A stretch of DNA of 61,436 nt, counting the filler, from Nemertoderma westbladi (lineage: Eukaryota > Animalia > Xenacoelomorpha): the NCBI GenBank assembly GCA_032718475.1. It is 3 parts of 3 records of this genome, joined end to end, with 100 filler letters (N's around TTAATTAATTAA, not from the genome) between each part and the next. Parts side by side here need not be neighbours in the genome. Positions count along the whole stretch, not along the records: positions 20,692 to 50,836 come from JAUCBJ010002385.1; 2 more parts are not named here. One strand, written 5' to 3'. The position numbers were made by a program, and so were the translations under genes. Positions 23,393-37,033 of this stretch are shown here, one piece after another. How positions within the stretch are numbered: the stretch's first letter is position 1; each line of letters starts with the position of its first letter. Below the pieces are notes generated by a model that worked only from the letters and a program-made list of their open reading frames with translations, was not told the origin of the DNA and did not search any database.

Positions 23393-24406
23393 ATGAACCC
23401 AACGGCAATGGGAACTTGCACTCGCATGACAGAAACAGAATTAAATCGTAGTGACGGTCCGTCCAAACGTTCTTACAGTGCAACGTCTCATTCCTCATCT
23501 GTAGCCTCCCCAGATCCGAAACGTTTACCGGTACCTCAGGCGACGCAGACTACGACGCTCGACTGGGGCGAAGAAGACGAACCGACTTTTTCCTCCGCTA
23601 TCTCGAATTTCACTACTGGCAATAAGGATGATATGCGCGGCTTATTACAGTCCTTTGCAGACAATATAACGAGATCGATATCTGCTAAATTCGACTCGCT
23701 GACGACATCTCTTCTCAGCCGACTCGAGTCACCTTGTACCGGATGCTCTGTCCAAAAAACCCATATCAATGCTCTTGCTCTTAAAAGTGATAATGAGTCC
23801 CAATATTCGCGCCGTAACACTCTTATACTATCCGGCCCTTCAGCAGAAGCGACTGCCGTGCAGGCAGCCAGTTCTCCCGCTTCCACTAATGACGTCGTTG
23901 ACACATTCGTTGTAGAGGTCGCTCGGCGTTGTGGGGTAACATCATTCGATCTACTTCGCGACACATCTAGAATTCACCTTTCCCGCAACAAAAGGCAGGT
24001 AGTCTTAAAGTTCAGTACGTATAGGGCAAGGGATCATTTCTACCGTGGCCGTTTCAAACTAAAGACAGACTCACGGGCAGATCGTATCTATGTAAACGAG
24101 TGCCTCACGCCTTACCGCTCCCTTCTATTCCTTGAGTGCCGTAAATTTGTCAAAATGAAATTAATATCGGACTGTTGGACACGCGACGGTGCCATATACA
24201 TCAAGTTGTTGTCGGGCGAGAAGCGGGATGTTTTCCGAGTGGATTCACTTCGCAAGGTCGTAGAGGACGCTATCAACGGTGGACAGGATCGTTGTGCTAC
24301 CAAAGATCTAACGATTCTAACAGACGTCCTCAATTTCCTCCAGTCTGACTTGTCCCCCAGATTATTCTCCCTTCTGATCGGTCTTCGTGGGTCGTCCGAA
24401 GAATAG
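23393..24406 (+). CDS. LINE ORF1 (L1/transposase-22-like RRM plus CTD)
   Basis: QYSRRNTLILSG, VVLKF, IYVNECLTPYR and CWTRDGAIYIK motifs; intact frame from first ATG at 23393. Confidence 0.85.
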   Translation: MNPTAMGTCTRMTETELNRSDGPSKRSYSATSHSSSVASPDPKRLPVPQATQTTTLDWGEEDEPTFSSAISNFTTGNKDDMRGLLQSFADNITRSISAKFDSLTTSLLSRLESPCTGCSVQKTHINALALKSDNESQYSRRNTLILSGPSAEATAVQAASSPASTNDVVDTFVVEVARRCGVTSFDLLRDTSRIHLSRNKRQVVLKFSTYRARDHFYRGRFKLKTDSRADRIYVNECLTPYRSLLFLECRKFVKMKLISDCWTRDGAIYIKLLSGEKRDVFRVDSLRKVVEDAINGGQDRCATKDLTILTDVLNFLQSDLSPRLFSLLIGLRGSSEE

Positions 24407-24559
24407 TTGAGCAGGTGATGTTCATCGTAACTGTATCGGTACTGACCATCTACCGGTATTTACTGATTCAGTTATATCATTTTTACCAAGTCAAATGTTT
24501 CAAGTTTCAGAAGTATATTTCTTATTAGTTAGCTTAATATTCTATTCAAGCATTTTAGT

Positions 24560-25050
24560 CACTATGCGCCATATTTTAATCTTTAATTTCTGCGGTAATA
24601 TTTCAGCCTACTAAGCACCACATTTCAGTAGTTAATGTTCTACATAAATGTTTCAGTTTACTAAGCGCCATATTTCAGTATCTAATCCTCTATATAAATA
24701 TTTCAATCTACTAAGCGCCATATTTCAGTATTTAATATTCCACATAAATATTCAGTTTTTTAAGCGCCATATTTCAGTATCTAATCCTCTATATAAATAT
24801 TTCAATTTATTAAGCGCCATATTTCAGTATCTAATCCTCTATATAAATATTTCAATTTATTAAGCGCCATATTTCATAAGCGCCATATTTCAGTATCTAA
24901 TCCTCTATATAAATATTTCAATTTATTAAGCGCCATATTTCTGCATTCATATTTCAGTATTTAATATTCTACATATACTTCAGTCTACTAAGCGCCGTAT
25001 TTAATTTAATTTCCGCGTAAATTTATCAGCCTACTAAGTGCCATATTTTA
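24560..25050. repeat. 50-bp tandem array in the LINE inter-ORF spacer
   Basis: Unit TAAGCGCCATATTTCAGTATCTAATCCTCTATATAAATATTTCAATTTAT (24761 to 24811), about 9-10 copies, edges diverged. Confidence 0.9.
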
Positions 25051-25647
25051 TATCATTCATTTTAATTTACGCATTAGTTTGGCATTTGAAATATTTTCCT
25101 GAACAGTTGTATTTGAAATATTCAGCATATATATTTTCCGTATCAGTCAACTTAATTTCGCATGAACATAGTCGATTCCTCTTATGTGTGGATATAATTC
25201 ACCTAATTTACGTTTATTTGCTCGCCGATCTTTTGTATGTATTAATTTTCAATTGCAACAGGCCTATGTATGTACAATATCGTTATTAACGTTTATGGTG
25301 ATGGGAATATAGACCACAGTCAAATTTGAAATTAATTCATATTTTCCATTTCTTGGGTTCACTCATTCTCCCTTCTCTTCACTTCATACCACATTATATC
25401 ACTTTGTATGTCTGTTGTCTGTGTCTGCTGTGTGAGTTGGTGTGTGTGTGTGAATGTCATGTGTGTTGGATTTCCCTCAAGCCAATCAGCATCTTCATAC
25501 TGCCATGTCTCTTATCCTATTTGTAAAAAATATTTTTATCCAAAGGTAAGCTTATTACGCGCTTTGTGTGTTGCATCACTGCCCCCCCCCCCCCCTGCTC
25601 GCTCCTCACAACTTTTCTCGTTTTTTTTTTCTTTCGAAATTTTTTAA

Positions 25648-28600
25648 ATGAACATTTCTATTGAGCAATGGCGAGCAAGCGTGGGGACTTTTCACGGGGC
25701 TATCTCTGGATACTGTAGAAGCGAAAATTTTTGTGACACGTTTTCCTTACTGCTTTTCCATGGCCTAGCTCTTGCGTGGTTTATTGCATGTTTAACTTTT
25801 ATTTTATATATATCCGGGGATATTCACCCTAACCCAGGCCCCTCTCTTCCATCTATTAAAGTTATGCTGACAAATATTCGTTCACTGCCTTGTAATTGGG
25901 ATTTTTTGCCAGATAATCTATCCTCAAACTTTGATATACTTGCATTCGTCGAGACCTGGTTTTCATCTGATCAGATTTCTAATAAATTTCCGATATCTAA
26001 TTTTCATGTGCCACAACGCCGTGATCGCCCGTCTCTTGGTGGTGGCTTAGCTTTATACATTTCCAACAAGTTTAAAGTTAAGAGGCTTAGCACCATCGAG
26101 AACATTGACCCACTATTCGAATCATTATGGTGCTCCTGTAGTTTTGGCCGCAAAAAACTTGCTATCGGTCTATTCTATCGGCCTAGCACCACCCCTAGTA
26201 ACTTCTGGGAAGTAGCTAATTCTATGGTTTCAGAAGCAAAGAGTTTAGGATTCAAGGAGATTCTTATTTTGGGAGACTTCAATCAGGACCTTTTAGATCC
26301 AACTAAATGTCGTGATATTTCCTCTCTTATATTGCGTCAGTGTTTGTTCCAGTATATTCAGGAGCCTACTCGCATAACCCAAACTACTAGTACATCACCA
26401 TCCCCAGTTATTTCCACTCTTCCAAATTCTATCTTTAACATAGATATTTCGAGCCCTTACGGTACAAGCGACCACTGCGTAATTTCTTTCTCTTATAAAT
26501 TTCCTATTAACACAATACCAGCATACACTAGACGGATCTGGCTTTATAAGGAGGCGGATTTTCCAAAATTCAGGCGCCTTTTGACTGAAACTAATTGGGA
26601 CAGTGTCTACACGGACTACACTGATGTTGACGACATCGTTTCGGCGTGGACAGACCGATTTTTCCTTTTGCGAGTTCTTCAATTCCGAATAAAATTATTA
26701 CAGTACGCCCAAATGATAAGCCGTGGTATACCACTGAGTTAAGACGCCTCTCTCGCATTAAAGATAGAGTACATCGGGTTGCTAAATCCACCAACAATGG
26801 CAACTCTTGGAACAACTTTCGTTCAGCTAGAAATAAGTACGTTCTAGAATGCCGCAAAGCCAAAAATGAGTATTTTGCAAACCTTTCAGAAAAACTTCTT
26901 GCAACAAGGTCTTCCAGCAAACAATGGTGGTCAATTTGCAAACAATTAATGGGAAAAGCTCTGGAACCGGAGATTCCCTCGGTATCTCATAATAACATCG
27001 TTGCTGTGTCACCCAAGGAGAAGGCGGACCTCTTTAACTCTTTCTTTATTGATCAATACTCACTGGACGAATCTAACTTGATTATGCCCCAAACTGCTCC
27101 TCCGGAACCTATACTTACCGAGATCAACTTTTGTGCATCTGAAATTCTGTGCGACATTAAAGCTTTAGACCCAGATGGTGCTACCTGTCCTGCCGAAGGA
27201 ATCTCAAACAGAATGATAACGGCTGGAATGCCTGTGATAATAGATCATGTTTCCAAATTATTTCAATTTATCTTTGATAGCGGGTATCATCCAAAAAAAT
27301 GGAAAATGCGCTATGTCCTGCCACTCTTGAAAAAATTTCCAAATGATATTTGTAACAACTTTCGTCCAGTTGCCCTTACCAGTAACCTTGGGAAGTTGTT
27401 CGAGCACTACATCCATAGAATAATCTTCACTCATGTTAAGACCTACATCTCCAAATTTCAGTCTGGTTTCAAGGGTGGGGACGGTACTATCTATCAATTG
27501 ATTTCACTCTATAACGCCCTTGTTAGTGCTTTAGACAAAGGGAAGGAGGTCCGAATTGTATTTCTAGATATAAGTAAGGCTTTTGACAAAGTCCATCACA
27601 AAAGTCTGCTGCATAAAATTGAAAACATGGGAATTGGGGGGAAGCTTCTGGAATGGCTCCACAACTATTTGAATGACAATTTTCAATGTGTTGTAGTGAA
27701 TGGTCAGCAATCGTCTTGGGTGAAGGTCTTGGCTGGAGTCCCCCAAGGTTCTGTCCTGGGACCCCTACTGTTTTTGATTTTCATCAATGACATAGTGGAT
27801 GTAGTTAGTGGCAACATTAGCCTTTATGCTGATGACACCGCTCTCTACATAGAGGTCAATTCCAGGTCCAACTGCATTCTTGCCGCATCTAATCTTAATG
27901 CAGACCTTACATCAATATCCAATTGGGGCGCGCGGTGGTTAGTTCAATTCAATCCCTCGAAGACTGAGAGTATGCTGTTCTCACATCGCAGGTCACGCGA
28001 TCCTAATCATCTTCCTCTCTTCCTCAATGGTATCTCGATCCCCGAAGTTGAAGAGCACCAACACCTTGGTCTTATTCTTTCATCCTCCCTAAAATGGCAC
28101 TCACAGGTTGAAAAAATTCTAAAATCTGCAAATAATAAGTTAAATATGTTACGAATTGTTAAATACAAGGTTAGCAGGGATGCACTCATGAATATTTACA
28201 AATCTTTTGTCCGCTCAAACTTGGAATATGCCAGTACCGTTTGGGACAACTGCTCTCAGGATCTCAAAATGGAGTTGGAGCTCCTAAATAAGGAAGCTAT
28301 TCGAATAGTTTGCAGATTGACAGTTTCTTGCCACACGAGCAAACTGTATAAGGAATCTGGGCTGTGCCCACTTCAACAAAGACGAGATTTTCAGAAATTG
28401 TGTGTATTCTACAAAATGATGACGGACCGCGCCCCCCAACACTTATTGGATATCCTTCCACCTGTTGTTAGGTCCGCTAGTGCATACAACACCCGCAACT
28501 CCACGAATGTACGCCCTCCTATGGCCCATAGGAACTTCTACAGAGATTCGTTCCTACCTTCTACTGTTAGATTGTGGAACTCACTTCCGATCGATTTGCG

Positions 28601-29045
28601 TTCTTCAGGCACAATTGAAAGTTTTAGGAATGGTGTATTTCCAGTAATATGTTTCTCGTCTCCTGTTCCCTATTATTATACCCTGGGATCACCATCAATC
28701 AATGGCCTATTGGCACGACTCAGATGCAATTGCTCCTCACTGAATTCCGATCTCTTCTCTAACCATGTTAAATTAACAAAATCATGTTCCTGCGGTCATC
28801 AGCGTGAGGACGCATTCCACTACTTTATGGAATGTTTCCATTATCACTCTCTTCATGTTGTCTTGCATGCAGCTATTTCAAATTTAGGACTAAGGCCAAC
28901 ATTGACTACTATCTTATATGGCCCTCCAACAGATGTTAATCACCCACCCTCTATAACTATGCAGCACACCAAGGCGCAGGCTCTTATCGACATAATCTCC
29001 GCATTTGTATCCAACACGGGTCGTTTTAATTTCCTAGGGTATTAG
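25648..29045 (+). pseudogene. LINE ORF2 (2A-like leader, APE endonuclease, RT, CCHC) with one frameshift at ~26665
   Basis: IEQWRASVG, GDIHPNPGP, VETW, GDFN, SDH, FLDISKAFD, GVPQGSVLGPLLFLIFIND, YADD, CSCGHQREDAFHYFMEC. Confidence 0.92.
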
Positions 29046-29534
29046 TGTCATCCGACATCGGCACGGCGACCTAGACGCTCATTATCTTAATGAAATGAAT
29101 AACCTACAATAAACCCAGATATTATTTTTTTAAATTACAACCGAACCTATAGTAATTCTTTTTTAACCTAAATCTTCGCCTCTACAAATTTTAATTTCCA
29201 ACATTTGTACACACAAAATTTTTTTTTTTTTTTTTTATTCTACTTAGTTGTAACAGTAATTTTCTATATTCACTCTACTGATCGCTTAATTGCTGGCTTA
29301 CTTTTGGGATATCAATTTTTCAACTTCCTACTGCGCTGGATCTTCACGTATGTTTTTGGTTTGGGTATGTGTGGTGTGTGTGTTACGTCGTTCCTTTTTA
29401 TGTAGTAGTACCTGGGTATGTGCACTGTGCTTCTTTCCTTTGTATGTCTGTTGTGCAAATTGTATTGTAATTATTGACAAGAGGGCTCTCATAAGCTTCG
29501 GCTTGTTGCCCAATTGTCCTCTTCTTTGGATAAT

Positions 29535-29565
<31 letters not shown>

Positions 29566-29860
29566 GTAAAGTAAGTACAAACACACAAACACAAACAAAT
29601 ATAAATACATGCTAAACATACACGTATCTGTCGCAACCCTAACCCTAAGCCTACCCGCCATACACTAAATGATACCATTAATAAACTGCACAATAACTAA
29701 GCCTATATTCTATAAGAAAATATATGACAATTTTGTCGCCGTGAAAGGGGTATGACTGAGGCAAAAATAATTAATTTGTGAAAAATATGGTTGCGTTTCG
29801 GTGTCTTGGACCAGTACGCGCTAATCCTCGACACCTCGTCAGCTGGACAGGGAAGGTTAA

Positions 29861-30813
29861 CCCTATTCCACCTGGGCTCTTTTGTCCGAGATTCCACCTG
29901 GGGTTGGGCATAATTTGCCCAACAGTTTATTATACACTAAAAAGTAATGATAATTTTATCAAAACTTTCCAAATTTTCGCAGGTTTATAGAAAAATATAT
30001 AATGCATCTGTTCTGAGTTTTATATATTCATAATTTATAATAATATATCCATATAAATTAATTATCATGAAGATAACCCATTATAGTAAAAAGATGAGAT
30101 AATACTATACATACTCCTCCCAACACCACTGTCTGCCTAACTCTGCCAGACATCCCAAGTGAAATTAATAGACCATGGAAGAATGTGGATTGTTGACATT
30201 TGATATTTTGGCAGACAGTTCACTAATGTAAGATTCACTAATAGTATAACTAATAAATAGCAGACAATTAGAAACACCCCCAGGGGTGCTGTTATTGAAT
30301 ATATTTATTCACCTCTGTTTATGTCTGCTGTATTACATTAGGAATTTACTGGGTTCAATGGTGGTTGTTGTTTTATCCTAGTAGACTTATTGCTTATCTG
30401 TCAGTTTAGTATTTTGTTATTAAAAAAATAATGTGATTGATGTGTACTAATCCAAGCAGTAGACAATCTCGTGTTTGAATTTAACTTTACAACCCAGCCA
30501 AATGAATGTCCTGGACCGTAATTGGTTGTATTCTAGCTTGTTGACCAGGGGAACTATCCAACCAGGGAATATCTTTTCTACCAGTTAGGCTAATAAAGAT
30601 ATTATAATAAAAAAAAATGTGACTATGATATGAAAAACACACCATAGCACAAAAAGTATAAATGATGAAAAAAATATTTTGTAACCATCAGAAAGCCAAT
30701 TAAATTCTAGGAAAAGTCAATGAATTTCATAATAATACATAAAAATCATCATCATGAATTTTTAAAAATAAAAAATGTTGGGCAGATTCTGCCTAAACCC
30801 AGGTGGAATAGGG
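29861..30813. mobile_element. piggyBac-like non-autonomous element (953 bp)
   Basis: TTAA at 29857-60 and 30814-17; perfect 16-bp TIR CCCTATTCCACCTGGG; no transposase. Confidence 0.85.
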
Positions 30814-31969
30814 TTAATTCGAGTTGGAGGCCGCCTCACTAATGCTCCGATCTCCACAGATACTTTGTTTCCCATATTAATATTCAACCCTGAGATTCAG
30901 ACCAAGTTGATACAGGACGTTCCAATATTCCCTTTCCATCCAATCAATATTACCTTTCCCATACAAGCTGAGTTAAGCGATTACATTCACAGTTGTACAT
31001 GATCTATCTATGTTTCCTGGGAAACACGTTGTTTCATTGTTATTTAATTAATTATTCTGTGACATGTTGGTAAATAGAGATTATAATGCTCACCTCTCAC
31101 ACTTATTTCACATTAGTAACTACTGTAATAGTTATTTGGGCATTTATGGCAATATTAAATTTAGTTGTGGTTATTAATTAGTAATTTGTGTTTAATAGAA
31201 TTTCGAAATTTTTTTTTGAAAATTGCATATTTCTATGCCTGTAACGTCGCACAAATCCCCTTCCACGATTGAGTATTATCGTTAGTAATTAGTCACTTAT
31301 TTTGAATTAATTAAGTTTTAAGTCAAATAATTTACTGTTAAATTAAATTGTTGCATATGTTGCGATCATATACAACGTACAATTAACAAAAGTAGGTTTT
31401 AAGTAGGTGCGCACCATAGTCTAATACTAATACCTACACTGATACAAATGGCTAATAAACAATTACACACTCAATCATAACCCTTTATAACACTTTACTC
31501 CAGTTTATATGTCAGACTGCTTGGTCTAACCCTCTGTTGCCCATAGTTAGCGGAACATTCCCTTGCCAATTCTAGTAAACAAAGGCGTCCGATTGGTCGA
31601 TTGAAATAGTGTATTTTCGGTTGGGTGTACAGTCCCAATCCCAATAAACATTAACTTGGTCGTTTTGGCGGCCAAAATGACCAAAATCACCATAAAAATG
31701 TAGTGTATTCCTATGGGCTACTTGGTCGTTTTGGCGAAGCGATTTAACTCAAATCAGCTCAATCCAGACAGTCTGTCTCCTTGGCCATCCATTTGGTGGA
31801 TCTGACTAAATGTCGGCTCGCTTTCATTTTTATTATTGACAGATTGTTAACTTACCCGGCGCTGAGCCTTGCAGTACTGCAGTCCGCCCACTGAGGCATT
31901 GATAGAGTACACAGTCTTATAAAAGGAGTTGGATGGGGCTTCGTTAAAGGAGGAGTATGTATAATAATC

Positions 31970-32120
31970 TGAACGTCCCGAAATTAATTTATGGACGTCT
32001 CGAAATTAACTTATGGACGTCCCGAAATTAATCTATCAACCAATCAGAATCGTAATGAAATAACTAATTAATGGACGTCCATAAATTAATTTCGGGATGT
32101 TAATTTCGGAAATTAATTTC
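31970..32120. repeat. 21-bp repeats in direct and inverted orientation
   Basis: GGACGTCCCGAAATTAATTTAT-like unit three times, then inverted copies 32075-32120. Confidence 0.7.
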
Positions 32121-32191
32121 AATAATATTTTTTTTTATAATAAAATTTTTTTTTAATATTTTTTTACAATGTATAATTCGCGGACACTGCG

Positions 32192-32594
32192 GGGTGACTA
32201 CAAAACAAAGACCCAATTATAAAGACCTGCATAATCTTGTTACATGTGTTAACTTTCGTTAATTGTTTTGAATCCCCCCGTCACGCCTCATAACTTGCTC
32301 CTTTACTAACCTGATCCTTTAAATAGCAATGGTACATAACGCTCATTGTGACCTGTACAAAACAAAGAGGTAAAGTCGCGTTACGTCCCAAAGAGCGTTT
32401 GGTTCCAAAGAGCTTTAGGTCCCATTGCCAGAGAGCACGAGGTCACATTGCCATTTAAAGGAGCAGGTTAGTAAAGAAGCAGGTTACAGAGGCGTGTTGG
32501 GGAACCAAAACAATAAACGAAAGTTAACACATGTGTTTTGTATTTGTACAGGTCTTTATTATTTGGGTCGTTGGTCTTTGTTTTGTAGTCACCC
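32192..32594. mobile_element. Mutator-like MITE (403 bp) nested in the TA element
   Basis: 9-bp TSD GACACTGCG (32183-91, 32595-603); termini GGGTGACTACAAAACAAAGACC; long imperfect TIRs. Confidence 0.85.
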
Positions 32595-33719
32595 GACACT
32601 GCGGTGTTGCGTGGGGGCCACCAATCCACCCACCCACACTCAACTCCCAACTTCCTGGACATTAGGATACTGAGTGAAAGCGTCTGAAACTACTACAGGA
32701 ACTCCATTACAGACTATGGGACTGGCGCCCTTGAACATGTAAACTGTAGGGGCCTAGTACCTACTTTACCACCTACCTTAAAGTGACCTGTGGGACCAGC
32801 CCATTATTAGTGAGGTCGGCATTTCTCTTTATCCTGCCGCTCTCTTTGTATTACAATAGCATACAGCTAACCAATGGCAATGGTCTCCCCCCAGTGCGGG
32901 AAAGACAAGCAGGCTACCATTGAAATGAATAGGGGAAGGATAAAATGGTGTGTTCGTGTTCCCATCCTAATGTCTGTCGTCTTGGCTCAGCTAAGCTTAA
33001 ACAGAGCCACAGCCTTACAATAGAGCTTTACCTAAATACACTTCCAGTGAGCCAAGCAGTAGTGGCGGGTTAGCTCCAAAATGCCCATGTAGGATTTCTT
33101 CGAAAAAGGACCATCAATAATAGTCAACCCCATCTGCTTCAATTTGAAGAAAATAATTAGATAATAATACTCATAATTAAAACTATTACATAATTATTAT
33201 AACTCTAGTAAACAAAACAATATATCATTCGGGGGATGGAATATATAGGTCATCTAATTAATTGTTTAAAGATTAGCAAACAATACAGTGTAATTGAATT
33301 GATGAAATCCATAAATAAAACGTGGATACAAAATGTAAAATCGGGATGCAAAATATAAATTTCTGAGCTAAGAAAGGGAAATTGGATACTGTACAACTTG
33401 TCTGGATACAAGCGGTCCGTTTATCTTACAAAATGAAAAATAAACGTGCGAAATATAAAACAGTACGGAACTGTCTGGGGGGGAGGGAATGTCCGGAAAT
33501 CGAAGCCTTTTTCTATCTGCCAACATCCTGGGCTTTACTTACACTCAGCCTCTATTCACTGGCTGTGATTGACAAGCCAACTTGCCTCAGAAGTTCCTTT
33601 CATGAATGCCGCAATTTATATTTGGCCATTTTGGTCGTTTTGGCCGCCAAAATGACCAAGTTAATGTTTATTGGGATTGGGACTGTAGCTCTCCAAATAG
33701 CCAGTTCAACTGAGCGTAC

Positions 33720-36700
33720 CAAACCATCGTTGCCCGAATGAATTTCTGTTTTACGGCCCGTTTCCCAGTTTTTTCTAGGTTAGTCTTGATCCACTAAGAG
33801 TATGATATCGCCAACTGATACATTTTCCTTCTTGGAAAACCATTTGGTCCTGAGCTGGACTGAACGCAAGTAGTATCTTTCGAAATGTGTATCAAATCGC
33901 CGAGATAGTAATTGCTTCATTTGCCAACTATGTCTCAACAGCTCATCGCCATCCTGTGGATCGGATTTCGGCACCATAGTTACTGGTTTTCTTAACATGA
34001 AATGGGACGGTGTTAGTGGTTCCATGGTTTGTGGATTCGACGAAATAGGTAAGAGGGGTCTATCATTCAAGTAGCTTGATATCTCCTCCAAACGAGTTCT
34101 GAGTAGTTCGTCGGTTAAATAAGCCTTACATGGGATAATGTGGTGGAATGCGACCTTTGTGCTTTTAATCAATTGTTCCCAACTTCCGCCCCACCAGGGC
34201 GCGTCGGCGGCATTGAACGTCCATGTAGATGCCGATACTTTAAGGTGTTCTTTGAGCTGGTGATCATTCCAATCGGCAATGAATTTGGTGATTCCTTTAT
34301 TGGTGACTACGAAATTCCTTCCCTGGTCGGATCTCATAGTACGACTAGTTCCAAATCTCCCGATCTGTCTCTGGAGACAAAGGATAAAACTTTTCATTGG
34401 CATGTCGTTAACCATATCCAGGTAGACAGCTTGAAAAGTCAATCAAACGAAGATGACGCACCATAGTTTCACCATCGTGCGAGCGTGCTTAACTTCAAAT
34501 GGCCCGAAGAGATCCACGCCGGTGTGGGTGAATGGGGGTTGATAACAATCAACTCGTTCTCTCGGGAGCACCACTTCCAGTTGTGTCATCGGCTTGCTAT
34601 AAATCCTTTTGCAAGGTATACAGTTTCGTAGTATTTGGTTGAGAGCCGCGTGGGGGTGTACAAGGTAATAACGCGTTCTGATCTCGCTTAATATATGTTC
34701 CCTCGCGGCATGATAGAGTCGGTAATGAACGTCCTGTATCAACTTGGTCTGAATCTCAGGGTCGAATATTAATATGGGAAACAAAGTATCTGTGGAGATC
34801 GGAGCATTAGTGAGGCGGCCTCCAACTCGAATTAACCCATTTATCATAATACTTGAGAATTTGTCCGCCAATGGAGTCAAGGGGTCGACGCTGAGCTGGT
34901 TGTATTTCTCAAGTTTCACAAGTCTTTGTGAAATTCTCAATAATTGCAAATTTAATTTATCCACTTCGTTAGGGGTCAAGCCTATTACAGGTATGCTATT
35001 AATACTGTACTGATAGTGGAAATGTTGTTTCAGTATGGTTATAGCCCTACATATCTTATCCTACGAGCTATAATGGTTCATGGCTCAGGCTATGAGTGGG
35101 GATAGACCAATATCCACGTTGGGTAAATCTAACTGACCTGTGTATTTTTGGGGTTGTTTAGGACAGCTTCAGCCCTGGATTCAATACTTGGGGAAGGGTC
35201 TGAGATTTGATTGTCTATTTTATTTATGTAATTGTTGGTTGCTATGTGATGGGCCTGAAGAGTTTGGACTTGGATGGCCTGCTTTTCGGTTTAACGATTT
35301 CCAGACCCTTGACCTGTCTCATTTCCTCGGGAGTAATATGAGCAGGCCATTGGTCCTCCGGTTTGGAAAGAAAATCAGGTCCATCCTGCCAGGGGTCCAT
35401 CCCAAGTAAGGTCCCAGATGGTTTTCACTATCTGCCTAGCTTCCAGAATTACAGGACTTATAAAGCCTACAGGGTCGAACAGCGTGCTTAATATACTAAG
35501 ACAAATACGTTTAGTACATACACCTGGAGGCCTGACCTGGACCTTGAAGAACATTTCGTCCTGTTGCATATCTGAGGCCGGGGGTTTTTGTTGTCGGTAA
35601 GTCGTCTTTGCTGTGATCTTATTAGTTGAGAGTTCAACGATTGTCCTTTATACAGGGCTGATCCATCGAAAACCACTCGGACTTTGTCTGGTATATCAGG
35701 CCGTTTTACATAATGGTGAGTTATGTAATAAGTGCGATCGGTGTGGGGAGTATCATGTGGTACGTCTGTAGCGTATCCTTCATTAATGGTCTTGGTCATT
35801 TGTTCGTTGTACATCCTTTGCGCGTTAGGATCACCAGTTAAACGTCTCTTGAGTTGACTAATACGTTTTTCAGCTAGGACGCTGTTATTCATCAACTTCA
35901 CCGATTTGGAGCATCACAGTAATCCTGTTTCATATCTACCTTCGTCGGGAATATAGCGAGTGGTGGTATTTTGGATTTGTATAGCTCGCTCTTCCTCAAT
36001 AGATCATGGGCGCGATCATGGGAATTTTCTTCCATTTTTTGTTGGTCTACCCAATTGGATATTTTCTCCGTTAAAGTGGCATCAGCAATATATTTGCATA
36101 ATAAAATATCCCTGTCTTCCTCGATGTCTGATTAACCATCTGTTAATGGGGCCACTTCTGTTATTAAACAATGGGTATATTCTCCGCATTCTAACATGGT
36201 GGTTGCATCGTCCATGTTGAAACGAGAGGTTGGTAGGTCATTATCGCTGGAGTCAATTGAGTTATAGTCACAAATTTTTGAACCAAAATTGGATCCTCCC
36301 TCCGCGAATTCCTCCATTTCCATGATCCTGATAGGTTTGTGTGAACGGATGTAATTGATAGACAGATTTTCGGAATGAATGTTATTTGTCGAAATTTTGT
36401 CACTTGCTCTTCTTTCGTTTGGGGTCTTTATGGATGGACTGGTGCAGAACCACCATATTCTGGTTCTACCAGCATATGTTGTCAATGGTGGAGGAGAACT
36501 GGGGAATTTTTCCAGAATTTCCATGGCCTCCGGCGCGTTCTGGCAAATTAGTAGCTGAACTCCTTGTCGATCGAGTTGGTATCTCGGTATGTTATTGTGT
36601 TTTACAAAGTCATCGCTATCCCAATCATACATAGGGGCTTGGCTTTCCGCAAATTTCTTTCTAGCGACCATCTTGATATTATCCAGCTTGCATACATTAT

Positions 36701-36760
36701 TGGTATTATGGCAACCCTGGAACGAGCCAGGATAACAGAACAAGGAATAACTAAGAATGT
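33720..36760 (-). mobile_element. Degenerate BEL/Pao pol (protease region, RT, RNase H start, integrase, DUF5641)
   Basis: YYITHHYV..KVRVVFDGSA..GQSLN; TKRICLS..LFDPVGFISP; GLIRVGGRL; H2C2; TGVDLFGPF; SDQGRNF; APWWGGSWE; PLTPSHF; many stops and deletions. Confidence 0.9.
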
Positions 36761-37033
36761 TGCTTAGCAACATAACAACAAGAACAATTAGATACTATAA
36801 TAGTGACATTGTATGTAATAAGTCACGTTGGTTACACAATAAACCAGTTCTCTGGAATCTATGCACATTAGCATATAATTATAATTATGACTTGACATTT
36901 GAATATACTAATTGTACACCATATACAATAAACAACAAAGTATTAGAACATAATTTAGCTCACACTAAACTGGTGACCCGGACGATCAAGAACTTTCACT
37001 CGCCAACATACCCTGCACACTGGGAAGCAACAG

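Larger units (their letters stand above)
23350..29565 (+). mobile_element. Near-full-length CR1/L2-group LINE
   Basis: ORF1, 1.24-kb spacer, ORF2 (EN, RT, CCHC), 3' UTR stem-loop ~29482-29511, AATAAA, A24 tail 29542-29565; 5' boundary approximate. Confidence 0.9.
31630..33685. mobile_element. TA-TSD (Tc1/mariner-type) non-autonomous element, ~58-bp TIRs
   Basis: TA|CAGTCCCAATCCCAATAAACATTAACTTGGTC...GACCAAGTTAATGTTTATTGGGATTGGGACTG|TA. Confidence 0.85.

Noticed and set aside
29636-29652. Telomeric repeat (AACCCT)n
   Set aside because: Only about two units, a common motif inside repeats.
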